Source: Pseudomonadota bacterium (GTDB lineage Bacteria; UBA10199; 2-02-FULL-44-16; JBDRGF01). Taken from it: 11,534 nucleotides of DNA. The notes under the pieces were generated by a model that was not told the DNA's origin, did no database searches, and was given only the letters and a program-made list of their open reading frames with translations. Shown in pieces: positions 1 to 6,791 of this stretch (position 1 is its first letter; every line of letters begins with the position of its first letter). The position numbers were made by a program, and so were the translations under genes. The DNA is taken from NCBI GenBank assembly GCA_043818055.1, contig JBDRGF010000082.1, positions 1-11,534 of the forward strand, written 5' to 3'.

Positions 1-2397
1 ATGCGTCCTGTAACAGGAAGCTTCGGAGGTTCATATCGCAGCCCCTACGCCTCTTGGGATAGAAGCAGCTTTGTATGGGGGAGTGGCGATCGCAGCTACG
101 GATCGCGCTCAAAACATTTTAGAACCTCTGGCCTTTTCAGACCACCAACATCTCAAAGCATATATGCGGCCAGTGTAGGTAAGATATTAGAGAATTTCCA
201 ACGCAGCGCTGCAGGCATGAGCGCAAGTACAGACAGGATGGTCGCCCCGATCGTCGCAGGCCTCTTCGGCAATGGCCAATCATCCACTGCCCAGCCACAG
301 GCTACAAATGGCGGCGGCAACGACATGACCTTCACACCGGTCTCAGCAGCCCATACCCCCCGCCCGAATTACAATGTTCCGAATTATGGTAACACTGGAG
401 GAACGAACGGAACTGGGGGGACAGACAAAGTTGACACCAACAAACCTGAACCAGTCACAGCAGATGATAAAAAGAGCGCAAAGAAAGACATCATGGCCAA
501 AGGCTACGGCTCTGCCGAAGCCGATGCAATCATTAAAAAGCTTGAAGCAAAGGGGAAAGATGCTCTAGAAAATGGAAAGGATGTTCCTGATAAGAAATAT
601 CATAAAATTGAAGACAAAAAAGAAAGAGAAAAAGCCTACAAGAAATGGATCAAAAAATTCTCAGATTGGTATGCACAACACATCGGCAAGGAGAACACAG
701 GAAAAGACCTAAAACGAATCGCTGCTTACGATAGAGTTGATCCTGAAGCGGGTAAACCGTCAAAACCTGGAAAAAAGTGGAAAAATTTAACAATAGACTC
801 TTCAACTGTTGAACTTGGTTATGCTGTTTTTCCAATTACGAATAAGCTTTTAAAGAAGAAGCTTGGAGGTGTCAGTAAGGTTTATGCACAGATTAAAGGG
901 GATAAAGTAGTGGCGCTTTATAGAAAAGGGCCCCCGTTCAAGAGAGCGACTAAAATTCGTGGTGTTTGGTTTGAGGGTGATAACCGAAAATTGAAATTAA
1001 GAATTAGAAGAAGTAAAAAGAAGGTAACCACGCCATCAAAGTTGGATTATGCAAAGCTCTCATTTGCCGGAGTTGAGAAGATAAAGGTTGCGGGAAAGAT
1101 GATGCCCGCGATGAAGTTTAAGGTGGAGGATGCCAAGGGGGTGAAATCAAATGAGCTGAAGAATCAATTTATATATCTGGTCGGAAAGACAAAATGGTTT
1201 AAAAAGGATGGCGACAAATTTGCACCTCTGACCCCAAAAGAATTCATCAAGGATGAGATGAGGCTCTACTTTGGTTTGGGAAAACTAAAACTTAAAGAGG
1301 ATATTAAAGATGGTGTGAGTGCAACTGACTATCTTGGAAGATTGGATGCTGCAGCAAAGAGAATTACTGATGGTAATAAAAATTGGAAGGGTTTGAGAAA
1401 AAGGGCGATTGAGTTTCGACATGTTAAGTTTAAAACTGCAGTGAAGGGAGCCTTTCCAACTGTCATTACGGATAAGGATTTTGCTATAACCTATGATCCT
1501 AAAAAGCGAAGCTTAAAGATTTCGTGTAGTAAGAAACTAGCTCATAAAGCTTTAGAAGAGATGGAAAAAAACAAGGCGAAGTTAAAATCTGCATTAGCAT
1601 GGCTAGGTAAGATTAACGATTTTAACGGCGAGAGTGTTTACGATGTTAATCCGTATGCTAGGATAAAAAAGTTTTTAGAAGGGGTGATCGGGACAACAGC
1701 CTCTTCACTCTCTGAAGTTGAGAAGAAGTTTTTAGCTAAGGCTGAAGAGGAATATAAATCTAAATATGATGTTTTTTCTCTTTCATTTGTTTCAGCAAAA
1801 GGAAAAGCCATCACTTCACCATTCATTAAGCAGCTTTATATAGAACTTCAACATGCTCATAAAAAATACATGACAGTGGTCGCTCAGATTAAAACTAATC
1901 ATCCAGGGGAATCGCTCGAACCTAAAAAATATTTCGCTGAAGCTCAAAAACTTCTCAAGAAGCAAAAGGTTAAAAACAATAGAAAAAAAAGAGGCAAGGG
2001 GCTGCTTAAAATAAGAAAAAAGAAAAGAACTAGAGTGCACCCAATAGTACTACCAAAAGCTCCCCCAGTAACCGCTACCAGAATAGAAAGAGATATACTG
2101 GTAATTGGAAGTCATGCTTTAAAGGGTCCTCTATCCCAAAACAACTTTGGTGCATTCCACCGTGAGACTTGGTTAGCCAATATAGCTGAATTTTTGAAAG
2201 ATAAGATTGTGCAAAAGCTGCTCTCAGCCTCTTCAATAGAGAGGATTGATTTAAAGGACATCCATTTCCAGGTAGGCTCTAAAAAGCTTCTCAAAAGGTC
2301 CGAATGGAATAGGGTGATCCAAATGCTTAAAAAAAAGGGAATTACCATTCCGGTAATCGATAGCAAGATAGGATCTAAATCCTACCTTTCAGAGTGA
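1..2397 (+). CDS. Hypothetical Lys-rich protein (798 aa) with a Gly/Ser/Asn/Thr low-complexity N-terminus; true start may lie upstream of the window
   Basis: Uninterrupted 798-codon ORF, ATG at 1, TGA at 2395-2397. No family motif, signal peptide or clear TM helix recognised. The upstream RBS is not visible because the ORF begins at the window edge. Confidence 0.85.
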   Translation: MRPVTGSFGGSYRSPYASWDRSSFVWGSGDRSYGSRSKHFRTSGLFRPPTSQSIYAASVGKILENFQRSAAGMSASTDRMVAPIVAGLFGNGQSSTAQPQATNGGGNDMTFTPVSAAHTPRPNYNVPNYGNTGGTNGTGGTDKVDTNKPEPVTADDKKSAKKDIMAKGYGSAEADAIIKKLEAKGKDALENGKDVPDKKYHKIEDKKEREKAYKKWIKKFSDWYAQHIGKENTGKDLKRIAAYDRVDPEAGKPSKPGKKWKNLTIDSSTVELGYAVFPITNKLLKKKLGGVSKVYAQIKGDKVVALYRKGPPFKRATKIRGVWFEGDNRKLKLRIRRSKKKVTTPSKLDYAKLSFAGVEKIKVAGKMMPAMKFKVEDAKGVKSNELKNQFIYLVGKTKWFKKDGDKFAPLTPKEFIKDEMRLYFGLGKLKLKEDIKDGVSATDYLGRLDAAAKRITDGNKNWKGLRKRAIEFRHVKFKTAVKGAFPTVITDKDFAITYDPKKRSLKISCSKKLAHKALEEMEKNKAKLKSALAWLGKINDFNGESVYDVNPYARIKKFLEGVIGTTASSLSEVEKKFLAKAEEEYKSKYDVFSLSFVSAKGKAITSPFIKQLYIELQHAHKKYMTVVAQIKTNHPGESLEPKKYFAEAQKLLKKQKVKNNRKKRGKGLLKIRKKKRTRVHPIVLPKAPPVTATRIERDILVIGSHALKGPLSQNNFGAFHRETWLANIAEFLKDKIVQKLLSASSIERIDLKDIHFQVGSKKLLKRSEWNRVIQMLKKKGITIPVIDSKIGSKSYLSE

Positions 2398-2536
2398 CAA
2401 AAAACAGGTTTTATAAAAAATAATTATTGACACATAAAATAATTTTATATACCTCGTTCACTGTTCAATTTTCAATTGATATGAATTATTTGGATTGAAG
2501 ATATGGAATTTAGTGAAATTAAAAGACATGCACTTA

Positions 2537-2549
2537 CAACTCCCTGATA
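2537..2549. promoter_or_regulatory. Putative IHF-like binding site
   Basis: CAACTCCCTGATA matches the reverse IHF consensus YAANNNNTTGATW with one mismatch and starts 60 nt upstream of the shared promoter motif. The AT-rich context raises the chance of a spurious match. Confidence 0.3.
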
Positions 2550-2596
2550 TAACATGGTAAAACAGCTTAACATAAATAGTATTTTTTATTCAGAAT

Positions 2597-2628
2597 TAGC
2601 AACTTTATCGGAACTTCAACCGATAATA
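2597..2628 (+). promoter_or_regulatory. Sigma-28 (FliA-family)-like promoter upstream of ORF2
   Basis: TAGCAACTT-N12-AACCGATAATA. The -10 part ACCGATAA matches the sigma-28 consensus GCCGATAA at 7/8. The identical motif with identical spacing recurs at 6685-6716. Confidence 0.7.
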
Positions 2629-2644
2629 AGAATGAAACAAAACA

Positions 2645-2650
2645 AAGGAG
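2645..2650 (+). promoter_or_regulatory. Shine-Dalgarno site for ORF2
   Basis: AAGGAG abuts ATG 2651 (0-nt spacing) and lies 6 nt before the in-frame ATG 2657, which favours 2657 as the start. Confidence 0.7.
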
Positions 2651-2656
2651 ATGATC

Positions 2657-5600
2657 ATGTCGGACAATAAACTCTGTCTATTCAGGGACCTTAGTAGAAA
2701 TAAAAATGTAATCGATAGCTGTACAAAACCAATTACTAAAAAAAGACGGGAATTTTTTAAATTCAAGAATCAGGTTGATGAAAAGTTCTGGAAAGGAAAA
2801 CATAAAAATAATAAAGATTCCGAGCTCCTTAAAATGCTCTGTAAAAGGCTTTATAACTCCACTAACTGTGTTATCTCTTATTCTAATGATTGGTGGCGAC
2901 TCGTCAATGAATCTCAAATAAGTGTGAAGCCGACAAACAAATTTGCAAATGTGGCTGATACAAATATCCTAGGACAATTTGAAAGGATCAGAGAGATTCA
3001 TCTTAATTACATTAGAACAAGCGATAGGGAGAAGAGATATCAGGCGATGCGTAAAGCGACTCGTATTCTTTCTAAAGTGCTTCGAAAGACAAGGGGGGGA
3101 GATAAAGGTCGTAAAGAGATAAAAACATCATATGATGCAATTTTGATAGATCTCTCTAAATTAGCCCGCTCCATTACAACCAAGGCGACTCAGGATAAAC
3201 TCAAAGCAACCCAAATGATGCTGATGACGTTCATCCGCATTTTTCCCAAAAAAAAGGAATTGAATTACATGGCGAGATACAAATCTCAAAAAATTGCAAG
3301 AGTCATCAGTGAGATGCGAAGTGAGATGGTGTTGTCATACGAAAAGACAATCGTTAATATCGACAAAACGTATCAACTTCATAACGGTGGAAAGAGCTGT
3401 GGTTTGGTACCGCCGAACCCCTACTTAAATAGTTGTAATCTCAATGCGGTTGATCAGTCGAGGGCGCATAATTCGAGATGGTTTTTACCTGAAAAGTTCA
3501 AGCTGAATGTCAGAAAATATGTCTATGTCGGTCTTGCTGAAATAGTTAAAAAGCCTATGGAGAAGGGGTCTCGTGCTACTGAAACTGCCTTTTTGCCTTT
3601 CAACAAGATAAGCACGCTTAAATTAACACAATCAGACATCGATAACTCGGCCAAGTATACTCCGATAACGATCTCTGCAACGGATAATCGAAAGGGGATG
3701 TATTACAATCTCAATTCGATTTTACGAGTGCAACGTCGTGAATCGAAAACAACCAGTCGTATGGTTGAGAAGAGCGCACTTGAGATGAATGGATACAAAA
3801 AGATTGCTTATGTACAGAAGTCTCTGGATACCGGTCTGCCACGGGTCTTTGCTTACAAAAAACGTTATCCCTGGTCGTTGGGTGCTGCACTCTATAACAC
3901 ATATGACCCGCGTATTCATAATTTGGTTAGGCCTACCTCGATATCACTCTCCCCTTATGAGGCAGCGGCTATTTACCGCATGCGTAGTTCAATGCAAGTC
4001 GGTTTTAGAAATATGGCTCTTGGTGAAAGCACTTTCGATCCGGATACTGCAAATTTTAATAAAAAGGTAAGATACTTTTTTCCGCACAGTGTTCATGAGG
4101 TGATGAAGTTAGCCAAGCGAATCGGTGGTAGAAAGGGAATATTAGCTGCGTTGAAGGTATATAAGGTTTTTGAGTTTTTGGGGCTTTCAGAGCGAATCAG
4201 TCAGAATAAGGCGAAATTAGCTGAGGCATATGTTAAGATTATTGAAGAACATACAGGAAAAACTTTTCCAGCGAATGCTCGAGCAAAAATGATCTCAGAA
4301 GCCAAAAATCGGTTTGAAGCGATCTCGAATGATCTTTGGGATCGCGGTGATCTTGAGGATAGACGTTTTGGGATTAGCATGCAGTGGTTAGGCTTGAGTG
4401 CGAGTTTCGGTTTCTTGGTATATGTGGCCGGTATTCCGCTGTCAAAGAAGGTCTGGAATTATTTCTTTAATAAGCCGGCTAAGCAGATCAACAAGGAGAT
4501 GGACGGCAAATATAAAGCGAATAAACTCGATACACCAGAGGGCTTTAAAAACACCGGGAGAGAGTCTGAACTCAGGAATTTAACAGAATTTTTGCGCAAT
4601 CCCGACAAACAACATATCATCGCCACCGGTTGGACCGGCAGTGGTAAGGATTTTGCAATTGAGTATCTGCTTCAGATGATTGCAAAAGGGGATGAGCGTA
4701 TTCCTGTCGATTTTCGAAAAGCTAAAATCTATCGTATCGATGCGGCCTCCTTTCAGGCGGGAACCGAGTATCGTGGTGCCGTCGCTTCAAAGATTGAGGC
4801 GATTAAAAAATTAGCAAAAGGAGGCGAGAAAGTTGTAGTCTATATGCCTGAGATCGATAAGATCCTGACAGCAGGTGGTACGTCGAGTGGTAACGCAGAA
4901 CAGGTGGCAGGTCTCTTACTCGATGTGATGGAGAATAACAAAAATATTGTCTTTATCGGAACGACGAGTCGAAAAACAATTTTGACCGAGGCTTGTCCCG
5001 ATTTACAGCGCCGTGCTAATTGGCAGCATATAAACGCGCTCCCGGTGGAGGATGTGGTCAGAATCTTACAGAATCAGAAGTCTTTCAAAGAGCAGTGTAA
5101 AAATGTCTATGGATTTGACTATTCGGATAAGCAGTTGGATGAACAGGTAAAACTGGTAGCCCGTTTGACAGAGAAATATGTGCGCGATTTTGGAAAACTG
5201 GATAATGCAGCACCACGATTTAACGCTGTTCGTGATACCTTCTTTACTGCACTCAGTATTGCTAGAAGTAGACATCAGAAAAGTGGTGAGGATAAGTCAT
5301 TATGGAAACTGGAATTAAAAGATATCGTTGAAGCAGTTAATACACAGGCGAAGAATTTACGGACTGGTTGGTCGGAAAAAAATGCAGTGAATGAAGATAA
5401 GGCGAAAGAGGTGATAAATACAAAAGAATGGAACAAAGAAATCGACAAAGAAGGAGTGACCGCAAATATCATGAGTGAACTGCGTTCGGTCGTTGGTGAA
5501 AATAGTGCGCCACTTCTCGCGCGCGTCGCGAATGAGGTTTTAAAGAGCGAAATAGTCAAGATGAATAGGCCTGTTGAAGCGAATTGGGTTGCCATGAAGC

Positions 5601-6625
5601 TTTTGAAAAGATGGTATGAGATGTCGCAACTTGAACGCAGTATAGCATGGACAAGTTTCGACAATTTTAATCCTCAAATTGGCCAGGTTCAGCCCGATTC
5701 AAATGTGCCCTCTCCAACTTTTATAAGGGAAAATGCTGCAAAGATGGCTAGAGAGTTGATTGCTCAGGACATTATTAAAGAGGATGCCATGGAAACAACA
5801 GCGAAAACAACATCATCGATTCAGCAAATACAGAGTCAACAAAGCTCAACTGTGGTTAATGTTGATGTGATAAAGTTAAGAGGGCGAGTAACACAAATGC
5901 TCAAAAATGCAGGAATCACACATCCGGCAGAGGTGGAAATTACAAATTGGAGCGAATATGCAAGGGAATTTCTCAAACCCAAAGATATGAAAAATGGTGA
6001 AGTGAGTGAGGCGTTTTATACAGCAGTCGAAAATGAAATTTTAAAGACTCATGCTAAGGGAAAAACGGTGTTTAAGCATGAAGGAACATGGTATCCAGGT
6101 GAACGAAATAAGGTAATTAGTGCCCTTCAAAATGGTACTGCTCGCCGAACTGAACAAGATTCAAATGGTCCAAAAAATGCCAGACGCAAAGTTCGTGAAA
6201 ATAGAGATGATCTTCCAAGACAGCGAACAAAACATACTCCCGCTAATAAACGTTCCACTGCTCGTCGTTCGGCACTTGAACGTGCAGAGGCGCTGTTGCA
6301 GAGTCAAAAACAAGCCCCGAAAGAGGCCCTAACAGCTGACGTTTTGAACCGTTATCTGATGGCCGCCAGTCGAAACGAGTTCGGCTCTCTCAGACTCGAG
6401 GTGAAGCGTAGCATAATTGCTGATCTCAAGGCCAATATAGAGCAGGGTAGGGCGGCTGATGCTAGTGCGCGTGCCAGTTTGGCTAGCCGTGTTTGGGCTG
6501 AAGAGCTGAAGAGACGCAACTCTCCAAGTCGTCGTCGTGAAGTGCGACGTGCAGAAGAAAGAACACCTGAGCAGAGGGTCAGGCGCGCTGAGAGACTTCT
6601 CAAAATGATGCGCATGGGAAAATAG
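2657..6625 (+). CDS. Large membrane-anchored protein with a single ClpA/ClpB-like (NBD1) AAA+ domain carrying degenerate Walker motifs
   Basis: Region ~4523-5260 follows ClpB NBD1 motif by motif: KLD...GRESEL (ClpB KLDPVIGRDEEI), Walker A GWTGSGKD (4628-4651), pore loop AGTEYRG (4757-4777; ClpB AGAKYRG), Walker B VVVYMPE (4832-4852), IGTT (ClpB VGATT), DLQRR (5000-5014; ClpB ALERR) and VEDVVRIL (ClpB VEDTIAIL). Hydrophobic segment FGISMQWLGLSASFGFLVYVAGIPL at 4367-4441. No Clp N-domain or second NBD recognised. The ORF track starts at 2651. Confidence 0.85.
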   Translation: MSDNKLCLFRDLSRNKNVIDSCTKPITKKRREFFKFKNQVDEKFWKGKHKNNKDSELLKMLCKRLYNSTNCVISYSNDWWRLVNESQISVKPTNKFANVADTNILGQFERIREIHLNYIRTSDREKRYQAMRKATRILSKVLRKTRGGDKGRKEIKTSYDAILIDLSKLARSITTKATQDKLKATQMMLMTFIRIFPKKKELNYMARYKSQKIARVISEMRSEMVLSYEKTIVNIDKTYQLHNGGKSCGLVPPNPYLNSCNLNAVDQSRAHNSRWFLPEKFKLNVRKYVYVGLAEIVKKPMEKGSRATETAFLPFNKISTLKLTQSDIDNSAKYTPITISATDNRKGMYYNLNSILRVQRRESKTTSRMVEKSALEMNGYKKIAYVQKSLDTGLPRVFAYKKRYPWSLGAALYNTYDPRIHNLVRPTSISLSPYEAAAIYRMRSSMQVGFRNMALGESTFDPDTANFNKKVRYFFPHSVHEVMKLAKRIGGRKGILAALKVYKVFEFLGLSERISQNKAKLAEAYVKIIEEHTGKTFPANARAKMISEAKNRFEAISNDLWDRGDLEDRRFGISMQWLGLSASFGFLVYVAGIPLSKKVWNYFFNKPAKQINKEMDGKYKANKLDTPEGFKNTGRESELRNLTEFLRNPDKQHIIATGWTGSGKDFAIEYLLQMIAKGDERIPVDFRKAKIYRIDAASFQAGTEYRGAVASKIEAIKKLAKGGEKVVVYMPEIDKILTAGGTSSGNAEQVAGLLLDVMENNKNIVFIGTTSRKTILTEACPDLQRRANWQHINALPVEDVVRILQNQKSFKEQCKNVYGFDYSDKQLDEQVKLVARLTEKYVRDFGKLDNAAPRFNAVRDTFFTALSIARSRHQKSGEDKSLWKLELKDIVEAVNTQAKNLRTGWSEKNAVNEDKAKEVINTKEWNKEIDKEGVTANIMSELRSVVGENSAPLLARVANEVLKSEIVKMNRPVEANWVAMKLLKRWYEMSQLERSIAWTSFDNFNPQIGQVQPDSNVPSPTFIRENAAKMARELIAQDIIKEDAMETTAKTTSSIQQIQSQQSSTVVNVDVIKLRGRVTQMLKNAGITHPAEVEITNWSEYAREFLKPKDMKNGEVSEAFYTAVENEILKTHAKGKTVFKHEGTWYPGERNKVISALQNGTARRTEQDSNGPKNARRKVRENRDDLPRQRTKHTPANKRSTARRSALERAEALLQSQKQAPKEALTADVLNRYLMAASRNEFGSLRLEVKRSIIADLKANIEQGRAADASARASLASRVWAEELKRRNSPSRRREVRRAEERTPEQRVRRAERLLKMMRMGK

Positions 6626-6635
6626 GTTTTAGATC

Positions 6636-6648
6636 TAACCTGTTGAAA
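6636..6648. promoter_or_regulatory. Putative IHF-like binding site
   Basis: TAACCTGTTGAAA matches YAANNNNTTGATW with one mismatch and starts 49 nt upstream of the second promoter motif. Confidence 0.3.
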
Positions 6649-6684
6649 TAATTATGTTTATTTTTATAAGATACTTGTTGAACG

Positions 6685-6716
6685 TAGCAACTTCAGGGGT
6701 TTTTAAACCGATAATA
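6685..6716 (+). promoter_or_regulatory. Sigma-28 (FliA-family)-like promoter upstream of the paralogue array
   Basis: TAGCAACTT-N12-AACCGATAATA: 20/20 identical positions and the same spacing as the motif at 2597-2628, with a different spacer sequence. Confidence 0.7.
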
Positions 6717-6791
6717 TATGTGAGGGGGAGAAAATACTTATATATACAATAAACCTCATTTAAGAGGGATTTGAGCGTAAAAGAGGATAGC

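Noticed and set aside
1983..2336. A8 homopolymers in ORF1 (1983-1990 and 2329-2336) as phase-variation or frameshift sites
   Set aside because: The frame is intact and such runs are expected in Lys-rich, AT-rich coding DNA.
2427..2455. Sigma-70 promoter from the perfect TTGACA at 2427-2432, with AT palindrome ATAAAAT-A-ATTTTAT at 2434-2448
   Set aside because: No good -10 hexamer at 16-18 nt spacing (TACCTC at 17), and an all-AT palindrome is expected by chance here. Not excluded, but unsupported.
2657..6625. Annotating ORF2 as clpB, clpA or clpV
   Set aside because: Only NBD1 is recognisable. There is no Clp N-domain, middle domain or NBD2, a TM helix is present and the Walker motifs are altered, so a gene symbol would mislead.
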